A DNA stretch of 64,000 bases from assembly GCA_002633005.1 (NCBI GenBank), contig NMRA01000602.1, positions 1 through 64,000 on the forward strand, written 5' to 3'. The notes beneath the pieces are model-generated. The model was not told the origin of the DNA. It saw only the letters and a list, made by a program, of their open reading frames with translations, and did no database searches. This document shows, piece after piece, positions 25,230-38,839 of this stretch. This stretch comes from Phoronis australis (taxonomy: Eukaryota > Animalia > Phoronida). Made by a program: the position numbers and the translations under genes. The stretch's first letter is position 1. Each line of letters opens with the position of its first letter.

Positions 25230-25860
25230 CGTTGTTGTGTCCTGGATCTGCATTAGCTTCTGGCCCGTTCCGACCCGATGGCAGAGGAAATCCACTTACT
25301 GTTGGCCAAGGCTGCACTTCGACGGTCTTATTGTCAAGCCTGTATGTCTTACTCGGTAAAACAAGTCCCTTAATGTACCGAGATATTCTTCCCAGGTACC
25401 AGCCAGTGTAAGAAGTACAACTTCCTCCGCAACATCCTGTTAGATGTGGTCGCCGAGTTCACCATGCCAAATTACATCCAGCGGAACTGGCAACAGTCCC
25501 CAAAAGTCACTTTACACGCCTCATCCGTGGGAATCTTCCAGTAGTCAATCTTCGAGAAGTCGAACTTCGAGAAGAAATGTTGATCGCTTCTGGATTACTC
25601 ATGGATTCGTTTCGAACTTGGTCACCGCATCCAGCCGCCGGTAATCAACACAGGACCTCGTGATACCATCTTTTGTAGCCAATGTTGGAGATGAAAGTTC
25701 AGGGATGTTTATCTTCAGCCTCTACTGCACTTCCTTCTTCACTAGTTCGTGTGTAGCGTTCGGCATGTCACCTGACCTTGCTCTCACTTTATGTTCTGTC
25801 AGCAACTTGATGGTGACAGAGTGTCAGGTATCAAGCGCGGTTCATAATCTCTATCAGCAA
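25230..25860 (-). mobile_element. Decayed Gypsy reverse transcriptase fragment
   Basis: Minus frames give KDGITRSCVDYRRLDAVTKF, FFSKFD..DYWKIP, FGMVNSATT, TWEEYL and GLTIRPSKCSLG...VDFLCHRVG, with stops. Confidence 0.8.
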
Positions 25861-28800
25861 ACCTAGTGGACAACTGTCCATAGAAATCGCCATCGTCGGC
25901 GCATATGCGGTGACACCAAAAACCCTGACTGTAAATTACAGACTGCTGAACATGAGAGGGGTGGAAACTGCCGGCATGTAACAACGTATTTTTGGTCAGT
26001 CGGTTTGTGACACACTTTCAATTGGTATTGAGTTTTTGGCAACACGAGGTCACAACCGTACATAGAAAACTGATGCTCTCATAGGAGATGTGAAACCTAA
26101 CTTAACAATAGCGTGAGCGTAGTTAAGTGCCTCAACACCTTTCCATCGGTAAACAAACACATTCTGGAGTCTTTCACTATTTCCAGAACTTTGGCGATTT
26201 CTGTAAACAAAAACAAAGATGTAGAATGTTCCAGACTGTGGTTCTATTCCGTAACACGTATATAATGGAGCATTATTCTAGAATGTTCTCTAGATTCTAT
26301 GATAAAGGTATTACGCACTAATTTTAAAGTTAGTGCTCATGTTTTGTTCAAAAACTAACGCGATAAAGATATTAAGACATAACTAGCTTGACCTCAAGGG
26401 TCATTCTCCTGGAATGTTTTACTGTACACACATTACGTCACCGTTACATGCAGCCTAGCCGCATGGGTGACGTCATTAAAGTGCTATGTGATATAGACAA
26501 ATAAAATCGCAAAGTAATACCTCCAGAAGCAGAACCAGTTTCAGACTTCTTCTGACTGACTAAAAACCTTACTTATTCCAATAAGCTTATACACGTAGAT
26601 GCATGTACTAGACACCATGCACCTTATGTTGATATCTACACTCATCGCTCTGTGGTAAATTAAGCCTTTTCAGACCGTTGCATGATAAATCTGCATGTTT
26701 TATTCAAATAAAGACCGGTGTTATTTAAAACTCTAGTCGTGTTCATCCGATTGCAGGTCAGAACATCATAAATTTGCATAATTCATGTGGATTGTGTTGC
26801 TTGAGGGAACATAACGTGACGGTACCTTAAATTAATCATAAATGTGCTTCCAGTAGGTAAACACCTTATACACGACCTGATATATTTAAATCATTATTTT
26901 CTATTGATCAGTTTAGGAAATATTTGTTTGCGGGGAAAGTTGCCCCCCATTGATACCTGAGGGTCATTTGATCAATATTGCTTTTATTGCTGTTGATAAG
27001 ATGCATGACCTGGTTTCTTTGATGTAACTCTTGCTATGGATGATTTTGCCAGCAATATGAACTTGTACGTAGTGACCCAGGTTTGTCCCAACAAGATCAC
27101 TCAGGTGGTTATGAACTTCATAAATTTCAGATTTCTGTTACTGCACGGTGTGAAGGACGACGGTTTAAGATGCGATGGTTTCTATAATATTTGACCAGTT
27201 CTCTCAAACTCTACACACACCCCTCCCTATTAAATGTAGAGTCGCGATTATTTCGAAACAGAAAATATCCAAATTGCAATCAAAATTTGTGAGTTGTGTA
27301 CCTTAATTCCGCCGGATAGTCCGTGGTACATCAGTGAACATTTACAGGCACGCCCCACGGGTAATTTCATTTTCTGCACGTTACTGATCTGTGTTTAACT
27401 CTTAAAAGAAGGAGGACATTGCCGAAGTCAAAATCTATTCGCAAGTCGTGACGGTGTGGCGTTTATGCAAAATACGTTCAAAAAGTCTATCAGGAATACA
27501 AACCACTGTACTTTTTACTTTGCCCAAAATACAATAGGGAAGACAGTTACAATTATTTCATTAAACATTGTTTTCAGTTCCTCCCAGTCTCAGTCACATG
27601 CCATTCTCATCGTGCGGGACCATTCTTTTAAAAGTTCAATTTTGAACTCGCGATCAGGCCCGGGAATCTGACATGTACATGTGGTCACCTGTGGTTTGCA
27701 CAGTGTGCCATTGTACACGTAATCTTTTTGTCCTACACATACTTAACCTCCCAGTATTTCCAGTGAAGAGGTATTCCATAAGTGCCGCCTAAAAGGGTGG
27801 CTTTTTCACAGCAAACATATTCCCCAAAATGGAGCCATTTTAGACAAAGTACTATCTGAAGGACGCCATTTCTGAATGTCTGGAACAGAACTGTGCCAAA
27901 ATGTGAATGGGTCACTTTTTTCAGAGCCCGGTCTTTAAATGAGTAGGTTTTCAGCTTTTCGTAAGGCATCCCTCGTCCAAAAATATTCCTTCAAGTACCC
28001 GCGGCCGGGTGTTTGTGATTTTGGTAATTTACTTTATGGTATGACGTTGGTTTCGTAAAATGTAACAATATTACATCTCTTGCAAGCGCATTCGAGGCAA
28101 AATTTAACAAATTTGAATATTGTATCAACCTTTTACAATTTAGGAGAGGCTTACCAACGTAACAGTTACATTTTACAAAATTGTCACATTTTATGGCATA
28201 TCAAAGCACCAACAAAATTGCTCGAGAATTGAGCAGTAGCTCCCATTTACAACGTAAGCTAAACACTGCGTGTATTATCTTACTCATATGGAGTACATTT
28301 GCCTGCGCGTAAGTAGTTCGCTTCTATCATTTTGCTCGGTAGACGGCGCTTTTGTAAACATGGTGGCTCGCTGGTGTAGGCCTATGGCGTTTTTGAATCA
28401 ATGTACATCTTACTGAACAACTGTTGTAAATCACTCAAATGCCGACTCAGATCAATCTCCGAACAAGGAATCTAACCTGGACCAGCCATGTACGCCTGCA
28501 CGGTGGTACTTGCTTAAAAAGTGAGGGGTCTGAATTGAAGATAAATTGGTCACTTGGTGATTTTCGACACATCACTGTGACTGTGGCCGCTTGGACTTCG
28601 ACTTCAGAGTTCAGTCTTATCACACCTAACTACTTCGGAAACAAGTCGGATATAAGGTTCCCTGGTTTTGAGAATGACGCTATCAATATATTGAAATAAC
28701 TTCAGAGCAGGTTCACTAGTTATACCTCACGGAATCAGGCTGTTAGTGTTAGCCAGATGCAACCCACCAAAGACAGCAAATGTCTAGGCTTGATCAGGCA

Positions 28801-30799
28801 AATACACGTGTTGTTGGCCACTTTATACTTGGGAAAAATGTTGACGGATGTAACAACTGAATAACATTCGTATTATTCATTGGATTAGATAGTGACTACC
28901 GTCTCTAGCGGGCCCCAGTAGAGACAGTGAAGCTCCTCCGGGAGTTTAATACATTGATAGGTTTTCGGTGACTTATGCGTCACATTGATTAAAGTCATGT
29001 TGTTTAAGTACCTCTTGCTCATAGAGGGAAACCTTAGGTACCCATTGATGTCTTTAATTTCTTCCAAATCAAACAAATACTCCTGTAATGTACCTTTTTT
29101 CAATCAGTCCTTTGTTCAGTTGCCCAAATCTTCAACTGGCCAGTTTTACACTGTGCGCCCACCTATTTTTACCGCGCCTGCCAGTGTGAGGTATAATTCG
29201 CCTTAAATCATCTGGCATATGTTACTATCAGTGGATGAAACTTGTTATCCATGTCAGGGATCATTATATCTGAGCAGAGTCATGATTTGTAATTATGTAA
29301 AGTAGAATTTCTGCAAAAGGTTAATAAAACATATTTCTTATCTGCAGTACTAAAATTGATCAGCTTGATTAAAATGTTACAGCCGTAAGCCAACTCACTT
29401 GAACACAGATAATTCTAGAAGGCACATCAGTGATGCCAGTAAAAATTGAAAGCCTTTAATTGCTATTTACGTATATTTAATTTCAGATGGTGAACTGCAA
29501 TACTCCACTGAAAAAGGCAAAGTCCATGACATACATATTATGTGGCAAATTGTTATACTCTGACTCTCACGCACACAAAGTCAAAAAATGCTGCATTAAA
29601 GCAGAGGTATTTGGATTTTTGTGAACTCGTTTACATTCAATTCAACAATGATTTGCTGGACACTAGGCCTGTGTTATCTGCAGCTCATGCATTCAGTTTT
29701 GTACAAAACTCACACAGCTGCAGAAATCAGCAAGAATGAATGTCAGCATTGTCATTGCTCAGTCTGAAGGTCGACAGAAACATGTGTCTAAATGTGTCTA
29801 AAGACTCGCCTCAGCAACTTGATCGGGAACTGTTGCTTAAAACCAGTACATCTTTGGATGATCTTTGCAAGATTTTAGAAAAAAAGTGTGTAGTTAACTG
29901 TAAAACTGATGCATGACTGTACTTGTTTATAAGAGAATCTGCTTTAATTCATTGTTTAGTTTTTGATCTTTAGTGATGGTGTGGTAGTTTACACCAGCTT
30001 TAAAAATATCAATGATGAAAGGTAGTAATCATAAGTGACAACAGATGTCAGTAGTGTATTTCAGTTAGTGACTCTGAAGCAGACGATAATAGTGGCAGTA
30101 CGCATGTGGTTAAAGAGTCGTGACCTAATGCTTTCGATTTAAAAATCTTGAGGGACTTTCCGATATGTAAGCTATGAGTGTTTTTTTCACAAGAAATGGT
30201 GTGTGTGTGTTGTTAAAATCAGTTGCATAGTCAGTTAGTCACTGAATGATCTCAGTGCTTGATATGCTTAAGGGGGTTTTGATGAAAGAATAATTAAATA
30301 TTTTTATTGGTTAGACTGATACATACCAAGGGAACTTGTGCCATGTGATAAAATGTTACTGTTTACATATGTTTTGGAAAAAAATAAATGGTTTAACGAG
30401 ATAATGAAATGTTACAATTGTGTCTTTAGCATCTAACGTAAATGTATAATACAGGATTACTTTTCCATAAACATTTAAAATGTTATAGATTTTGGATTTC
30501 CTACATGTATGTACAGTTAAGGTTAAGAATGCATGCCTACATGATGTTTTCTGCACATTTGTTGCTTTGATAACACTATCACTGATGGTGTTACTCTATC
30601 AAAAATAAAAAATTAAAGGTCAATTTTGACAGTAAAATCACCCATGAAAATCTTATTTTAATGATGTGGATTTCCAACTCTGTCCCAACTTTTGTACTTC
30701 AGGGTGACCTAAAAGGGCTGCTGGGTTCCTTGTTAATTCCAGGTTGTTGTGTCTCCTTGGAGGCATTTTTCTATTTAGTGCATCTGCATTGAATAAATC

Positions 30800-31500
30800 T
30801 ATGTTTTTATTTTTGGCAGCTTTCCCAGATTTCCGTAAAACTTCCAGGCTCAGATTTGGAAATTCTGGTTATTAGAAAAGGCCTAAAAATTGGTGCTGTG
30901 AAACCTGTTGTGGTACGAATAGATGTTACTGAAAGTATTTTTTGTCTGCGTTAAAATCACCATTCTAACACAATGTGTCCTTCGTTGATCACCACAATTG
31001 CCACGTTGGAAGCTAATTCCTTGTTTTGGAAGCTAACTCCTTGTTTTGCAAGCGTTACACACCATCACTTGTTGATGTCAGAGCCTCAGAGTTAGCATAC
31101 ACTACTTGATAATTTCCTTGTATATCACTAATTGAAACACATAATTGAACAGCCAAACTTTATGACAAAGGACAATGGTGGATACGGAGTGGTGGGGTGA
31201 AAGAGTGTTAGAGCATGTGTGGTTGTGTGGTCCTATCTTACCATACTCACTGACTGATCTCTTGATCACCGATGTTTGTGAAGTGGATGCAGAAGAGGAA
31301 AGTTACGAGTTGTATAGAAGTTTCACGGAAAGCTATGAAATGGAGTGATGGAATATGTGAGCCGCAGCGTTTGTATTGGCTTCTGCATACTTCGAGTAAG
31401 CGTAGTATTGACTGTAAGTAACAATAATACAGTAATACAAATCATATACAATAGGTTTCGGCTTGTTAGCATCTTCTTTCGGTTTTCACACATGTTTCTT
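30800..31500 (-). mobile_element. RecQ-like SF2 helicase relic, probably from an AcademH-type DNA transposon
   Basis: 31128-30961 reads IQGNYQVVYANSEAL...LASNVAIVVINEGHIVLEW, matching RecQ GxYxLVFxSPE and VVDEAHxVxxWG. It has a stop and a 20-bp tandem duplication. Outer limits are approximate. Confidence 0.5.
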
Positions 31501-32831
31501 TGCAAAAATGCAATTTACAAGTTGAAGTACGAGGGGGGGGGGGGTGCAAGGGGACCGTTTTTTACTCAANGAACTCGTCGTCCATTGATAATATAGAATT
31601 CACGGTTACGAGTAAGAGCATGAGCAGTGGAGTTGTAGAGAATTAGCCAATTTTATATTGCCCGCAACTAATTGGAAAGTCCAGAGATTTTCTAAGTTGC
31701 AGGAAATTTACAACCACTCTTTGACTCGAGATGGCATTTGCTGCTGGTTTGCAGAAACTTTTGCGGCAAGCCTGTGCAACTTTGCAGCAAGATTACGGCA
31801 AGTGTGGGCAAAAAGGCTTTTTTGTAATGGGCACTCACAGCTCACTCAGCAATCAAAACTGGCAACTGCTGATTTTGGTCCAGTGAGCATGCTCAACATA
31901 GTCTGGCATTAAATGAGATTAACAAAGTATGTGGCGTGATGTTCGGTAAGGGTCATGTATGCAAATAGTAAAACACGTGTTTGCGGATGAAGTGTACCCA
32001 TATTCTATTATTTTTCTGACTCAAAAAGGAACATGTTCTCAAATGTTTTCAACAGTGACGTCAATAAAACGCTCAGTTTTTATTACCGTACATCTACTAC
32101 TCGCGCAAATGGCAAAAAAAAAACATTCAAACAAATCACCGTTCACGATTAACTGTGTCTCGTATGATGCTTTCTCTTGATGCTAAGCTATTTTGAGCCT
32201 GCGCGCATTATTGGAGCAAAGTCAAGGTATGCCGATTTTATCGGCAAGTAAGCTGTAAAATTTAAGGCACATTGCCTACATCAGATGGTTCCAATCATTT
32301 GTCTTTAGCATTAAGTTAAAACCGACACTAAACCCTGTTTTAGCGATCTCAAACAATCTTCGTTCTGTAACTAGCTAAAACACAATCGGCGTCATTATTG
32401 AGTGATAAAAGCTGCATTTAACTGAACCTTATACTCCCTGTGTCATAGATTATATATTAGAGTTCTTGATGGATGGTCTTTCGCTACAGTGGTAGTGTAA
32501 CCCGCCTAAATCGTGGGTCACGTTTGTTGGTGGGTAGACTTTGTAATGAGTTTTCAAACTTTTTAGGGTAGTCGATGGAGGCAGAGTACTACATGTATTT
32601 AGTTTCAGACAAATGGATGGGAAAGTTGATTGTTTTCAGTATCTGTTAATAGTCCAAAATCAGTTGGTATATTGTTGAGAATCGATACTTGTATCTACCT
32701 ATTTGGAGTGTATTTTTGTCTGTCCCGTTAGTTTCAATAAGTCAAAACTCACATGCTGGTCGGCCACAATAGATCGCTTTTTTACATTTTCTGTATATCA
32801 TAGTATAACGGAGAGCGGCTGATGAGAATGC

Positions 32832-33605
32832 GTGTGGTTTCCCATTTCAAGTGATTCGTCCTCAGCATTAGAACTGTACAATTTTGTTGTAGGATCAAAT
32901 TTCACAGGATTTTTGCTAATACGACCAGTCAACAGCCCGAAACGATTCGTTGTCCGCTGTGAAAGCAGCTGGACGGTCATTCAGCGTAGATTCGATGGTA
33001 GCCAGGACTTCAATTTGTCTTGGGCTGAATACCGACAGGGGTTTGGCCAGCTGGATAAAGAGATGTGGCTCGGCAATGACAAAATTTACTACATCACTCG
33101 ACAAGCTCATTATAAGCTGCAGTACTGGATTACGGATTGGAATGATGACGTTGTAACACACGATCACGACATTTTCTCCATAACCAACGAGGCTGACAAT
33201 TATAAGCTAACTATTTCGGCAACGAATGCGACTGATATCACCGGTTCGATGGAAACGCATAACGGTTACCCGTTTACAACAAAGGACAGAGACAACGATA
33301 GAAAATCAGATAATTGTGCTGTTAGAAATTCCGGCGGATGGTGGTTCGATAGATGTGGTTCTTTCGGAATAAATAACTATTACCCAACAAGTGGCAATTG
33401 CCCACTAGATTTGGATAAGTTCTGTATGAGATATGGAGATGGGGGTGGGGATGTAGTGCTTCTCAAGTCTTCGGTGATGAAAATCAAAAAAAAAACGACA
33501 ATCATTGAAAATTACAAATTCAATCTCCAAGGTTCATTTGGGCCTGTGATCATTTTGCCTCGCTCAACAGCCAGTTTGAAGAGGATTAAACTAAATGTAC
33601 ATTAG
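32832..33605 (+). CDS. Fibrinogen C-terminal domain (FReD/FREP) protein; 5' end unresolved
   Basis: WTVIQRRFDGSQDFNLSWAEYRQGFG, EMWLGNDKIY, HNGYPFTTKDRDND, NCA...GGWWFDRC and LKSSVMKI lie in one uninterrupted frame. No ATG or signal peptide in frame. Confidence 0.85.
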   Translation: MWFPISSDSSSALELYNFVVGSNFTGFLLIRPVNSPKRFVVRCESSWTVIQRRFDGSQDFNLSWAEYRQGFGQLDKEMWLGNDKIYYITRQAHYKLQYWITDWNDDVVTHDHDIFSITNEADNYKLTISATNATDITGSMETHNGYPFTTKDRDNDRKSDNCAVRNSGGWWFDRCGSFGINNYYPTSGNCPLDLDKFCMRYGDGGGDVVLLKSSVMKIKKKTTIIENYKFNLQGSFGPVIILPRSTASLKRIKLNVH

Positions 33606-34790
33606 AAAAGTTTGTACTTTACATTGGACCACGATTGAGAATGTGATTTGCTACATGGTTATTAGATCTTTCGTTGTTGTCCATCAATTGGTAAACTAGT
33701 CCAGTTCTATTTCAAGAATATAGGTCTTTCTCGGAACAGAAACACCGAGCTATTTCTTCTAAGATGGTGAAATATAATTAAAATTTGGAGGTTTAACTCT
33801 GACGCGTTTCTTATGTAAGTGGAATATGCAAAGGCATAACATTAAGTTTCTACATTTGTATCCAAAAAGAACTGTATCTATATTTGTAGCCAGAGAGATA
33901 TTGGTTCTGTTTCTGACATAGTTCAACATTCTATTCCAAAAGTTCTGAACAGTATCGCTCTTAAAGAAAGTACACAGCGAGGAATTACAAACACCAATGG
34001 TAATTCTATGACTGAAATCACCGAAGCTTCACGTCAAGAGTAAAGTTCACATAGGCATTTTTCCAAAAATCCACAGCATCAGTATGTACGTCTGCCATTT
34101 CACCTCAGACCGAGGTCTATAACTGTAGTATGTATTGCCCGTATTTGTTATCTACATCTAACAATTCTACAAGAACGGCTTAAAAGGTGAACAGAAGAGA
34201 AAATTGCACTGTTTTTTAAATTTTATCATTAGCAGCAAATGGCTTTTCTGGGGCCATAAAACTTCAAAAATATAGGTCTAAAATTGTTAAACTCTGTAAA
34301 GTGAGTGATTGTCAAACGAGGCGAGGGACTCGAAGTTAAGTTAGGTGAAGGACATCAGACATCATGTGGACAAATTAAAACAGAACTAAGTCAGGACGTG
34401 TATTTAATTTTTAAACCAAGGCACATAGTTCTTTACAATTTCTTCACAGGAGCTCGGATCAATGGCACTAGTCCTGTAGCTGTTAGTTCAAGTTGCTTAG
34501 GTTCACAAAAGCAATATTTTGAGATTTACAAATACTCTTCAGTTCCAAACTTTTTCATCTTTACACTGCCCAGGGCGACGTCAACTTCATCTGTTCTGCG
34601 TCTTTTGACAGTGAAGTCGAGCTGTAATAAATCAAAGATAAAAACTGTATCTGAAAACCATTTTCACGATGAATTGTTTTACGCGACGGGCATCAGTGTA
34701 TAAGCGGACTTGCCTATCCCGTGAACACTGACAAACTATCAACCATAAGTATGCAGACACGCTTAAATTCAGAGTTTGCTAATGTTATGG

Positions 34791-35604
34791 ATATTGTCCT
34801 AAACTCCCTCGGACCCCATACCTCACGATCCCCTCGTCCCACTACTCCCTCGACCCACAATCCCCTCGACCCACGGTCTCTGGCAAAGGTTGTATTTTTA
34901 TGCTTTTTACATATTTCATAATCGTGTTACGTCGCTGAGTGACTTTACCTTTAGACTTGCCCACTCGTGAATCTGCACTGGCTCAAGTCTGGTGGATAAA
35001 AACAGAAAGCGGCGTAAGAACAACGGATTGTGAGCGTGCTATCGTTGTCACGGAAATAGTTCCACGAGCGGCTACCAATGACCCAGCTCTACCAAACTTA
35101 GGGAGAGAGTACATTAACGTGAAAACACATAATTTCACATTTCTGTTACTTCCTTTTGGTGATTTCTCGTTTAAAATATACTCCATGTAAAGTTGAGAAA
35201 TTTTTTTAGTTAATTACAAATTCGTCGGTCACTCCCACTCTCCCAAAAAAGCTTGACTCTGCCATTTACTGAACGACGATTACACTCTGCCGGGACATTC
35301 GCAACGTTGGTAGGTCTTCGATTTGATTTGGTTTCGTTGTTTTTTTCTGTTTTTGGCTTTCAAACTTGCCGAATCACCTCTCTTAATTGCAAAAAATCAG
35401 GGAATTGCCAGCCGATCAAACGGTCAGATTCGTTGATACGGCAAGTCAGCGCTTAGTGTTCTATGTCCAGATCCAGTCGAGCTGTAAGCTGGGTCGAAGG
35501 GGTTGTGGGCCGTGGGTTGAGAGGTTTGTGGTTTTTGGGTCGAAGGGATTGTGAGTCGATGGGCTCGTAGGGTGTAGGGGGTCGAGGGGTTTTTAGAACA
35601 ATGC
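34791..35604 (+). mobile_element. MULE/Foldback-type non-autonomous TIR element with 9-bp TSD ATGTTATGG
   Basis: TSD at 34782-34790 and 35605-35613. Inverted termini carry subterminal cccctcgacccac repeats. An inverted relative lies at 57149-57953. Confidence 0.8.
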
Positions 35605-35660
35605 ATGTTATGGCGAATTTGGCAACCAATTTACTCTAACAAACTTGCTTAAGCAAACTC

Positions 35661-36393
35661 AAATAGTTTGGCCGTGCTTGGCAACTCGACTACACTGACA
35701 AACTTTGGTTTGCAATCACATTTGCCAGTGTAAAGTAAGCTCATTACCCGGCTACAATGGCAACTCGGTGTTCTGTGGTGTTTTGCAACAGCTGTTTATT
35801 TGCAAATTCTACAAAACTCTTGCAAGCAAACATTTTCAAAGTATTCGGCAGTGTTTCTTTGGGCTCGGGAATGTTTTTCAAGACAAAGAACAAAAGTTTT
35901 AGGAGTGTCTACACTGAGACTTGGTGTGACTGAAAAGCACCTTTGGCACCGAATAAAAAGCCGCGCAAGTGGCCCGGGGGATGACTTAATTTCGCCACCA
36001 CAACGGAGCCCATTTTCATGCGAGGTCAAAGTTTCTGACAAAGTTGAGAGAAATTTCTGAGAAAGGAGGAATCAAGCTTTGGAACGTTGATGAATGTGGA
36101 ACTATTTATTTAAAAAGAAAAGAAGTGCCGAGAATTTCTCTTTTGCAAGACATTGGAACGTGAACAACTCTTTGCATTGTTAAAAACCTCGAGAGAAATA
36201 ATAACACCAACGTGTTCGTTCCTTATCAAGATTACCGCAATCCCCAAATAACTAAAAGTGCATTGTGTGTGGTATTCCACCAGGAACTGAAAAATGCCGT
36301 GTCAATGTGTCGATCAGTTGGCAAAGTTAAATTTGGTTGGGTTTGGAAACAAAAACGTTATCAACGTAGACCGCAATTAAGAGCAATGAGTTT
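35661..36393 (+). repeat. ~735-bp interspersed repeat, unknown class (copy 2)
   Basis: Near-identical to 10865-11607. Confidence 0.9.
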
Positions 36394-36990
36394 TTATCCC
36401 ACGCGCGTTGAATCTGTCGAGGGAAATTAGGCCATGTAATGAAGTTTTCCGTAATCATCCCGCACTGCTTCAACAGCGACCTCTGCAATGGAAAGTTCAA
36501 AAGGTAGGTCAATAGTAACTCGACGTCTTCAGCCGGTTCGACCATCAAACTTTCCGAATATAGTTTAAACTAATACAGCTGCAACAGTGTAACTAACACT
36601 CGACATGCAACCAGGCCCTAAGTGTAAAATCTGGAAAAATGTTAATTATAAGACAGTTTCTCTCAGTTTTCAATTGCTGAATACTATATCGTCTGCAACT
36701 CAGGCGCCGATTCCTAGGAAGTTAAAATATCAAAAATTGTTGTTTTTTAACCACTTTCAGGAAATGTTACAAGTTCACTGCTCAGTTGCCATTGTTTTCA
36801 TCTTTGTTACCTCTTTTCAAGAAATAAATCGTTACATTTAAATCTGTTTCTTTTACTAGAGAAAACTTGCAACCTAACGCGCAAGTACATACATATAGGA
36901 TGTGATCCGCCACGTGAACAGTCTGGGTGAAGTATTTGAAAAACTGCTGAAAAATGTAAGAAACTTAGGAATTCGAAGCGCATGGGATAA

Positions 36991-37133
36991 ATACAAAATG
37001 TAACTCGATTGGCGTACAAGAAATACGACCTTATTCCGCGTATCTACCTCCACCTTCGGTCTCGGTCGATACGCGGAATAATGTCTCGTGGGATATTAAT
37101 TCATGTACGCCACTCTCGGTACGTTTTGTGTAT
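36991..37133. repeat. Long imperfect palindrome (hairpin MITE-like)
   Basis: 14-bp perfect arms ttattccgcgtatc (37031-37044) and gatacgcggaataa (37068-37081) surround a cttcgg loop. Pairing extends outward (tggcgtaca/tgtacgcca, acaaaa/ttttgt). Confidence 0.75.
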
Positions 37134-38839
37134 ACATACGCACAGTGTGCTCAGGCATTAAGACATAACTAGCCTGACCCCAAGAAAAAGTAACGTTGCA
37201 TCACACACAACAGCATTAAGCAGTCTGATAGTTCACACATGCGTGTAGTTCATCTTGGCATCCTTTGGTAAAGTCTGACCTAGCATGAGAAACGATGACA
37301 AAATGTACATCAAACAAGCTGAACCAGGTGTTGATGACTCTGAAATGATGAGTAACTGGTTATAAGCGAATGTAATCCTGCATTTATAAACCAAAATTAC
37401 AGACTGAAACTGTGCTTCGTGCACATCTGCTCGCTTCATTTAATGTTTTATTTTAGACAATTGATACATTCTGAAATGTTTAGAAGATCTTTTCATGTCA
37501 TGTTCTTTGTTGGATGACAGGTTTCCAATATTGTTTGAAAGCCATTTGTCAGTCCCATGAAAAACCCAGCACAAAGTTTCCATACGTAACAAGTGAATTC
37601 AGTCATGACACTTACAATCAGCCCTACAGTGAAACAAGTAAAATGTAACAACGCGTCAAATGATATTTCTAATCGGAATCGTTCTACTTTATGTAAGTGT
37701 TCTTGTACATAGTCCACCTTGCATTTCCATTTTCATTTCATTGATATTTTTTTACTTTTCATAGAAAACGGTTTTGAGAAATATTTCATTTAAGATTTAT
37801 ATGTCCTTTTCATCAATTTTTTGTTGTTGTTAAATATTTTTAAGATTATGAAATTTTAAAGTACAAAAAATGAAATTCAAATGCATATAAAACATTAAAG
37901 AAACATTAAAATCAAAAGCAAAACTGAGATGCAAATGAAAAATGAAGTACAAATGTAAAAAAATAGCAACGAAAATGAAATGAAAAATATTAGGTAAAAT
38001 TTCCATGGCGTCCACGGGCCATTATTGTTCTGGAGCCAACGCTGACTTCAGGCTCACACATGTAAACTATTGCGAGTTATTTGTGCCCAAGCAGCGTGAC
38101 TTTTGACCTATCCATGCGATTGGTTATGTTGAGCGTTTGGTATATAGCTAAGCGTCACCTAGCGGATCAAGAATGTTAAACATTTCTAGTGATGGCCTTT
38201 TCACGCGAACGTTAACGACGTGAAGACAACTGATCTTGCGTAAGTACCAACTTATCGATGCGTTCAAATTATTTTTAAATGTTTTTAAAAAGTGCGGTCA
38301 CACAGAAGACTGTGTAGTCTTGAGCATGTCTTACTCGGTTGGATGCTTGGAATATGACCTTTGGTTTGGTTGCTTGTCTGTTTCTTCTCTGCAAATCCAC
38401 GGTTTCGGGTGGCAATAGGTTATCAACATCTCAGCACCTTTGCTTAAACGTGAAAGAATGTAGACTTAACACCGTTTTGGCATCACACATAATTTAAGCC
38501 AAAGTCAATTAGAATTTTCTTAGCACCGTCAACACAGCACATCTGGTTGGGTTGCGACCATACTAAATTGCCATTTACATTGTTGAAAAAGTAAATCGAT
38601 TTCGTCAACAAAATAAAAAAACTCTTAACTAAATCCTTTCAAAACGTTCACGGATATTGATCATCCATCACGATATTGTTCGTATGTTTTCGCTTCATTT
38701 TATTTAAATTAAGCAGATGTATACAACAGCTGTAATTACTCCAGTCTTGTATGTCTATATAGGCTCCAGTATCAGGCAACATTGTATGTTTCAGGCTCTA
38801 AAAGGGATCCAGTAAAGCAAAAACTCTCGACTTCCTTAA

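Noticed and set aside
28900-29850. hAT transposase C-terminal relic
   Set aside because: Only vague motif echoes (MSALSLLSL), too degenerate to support.
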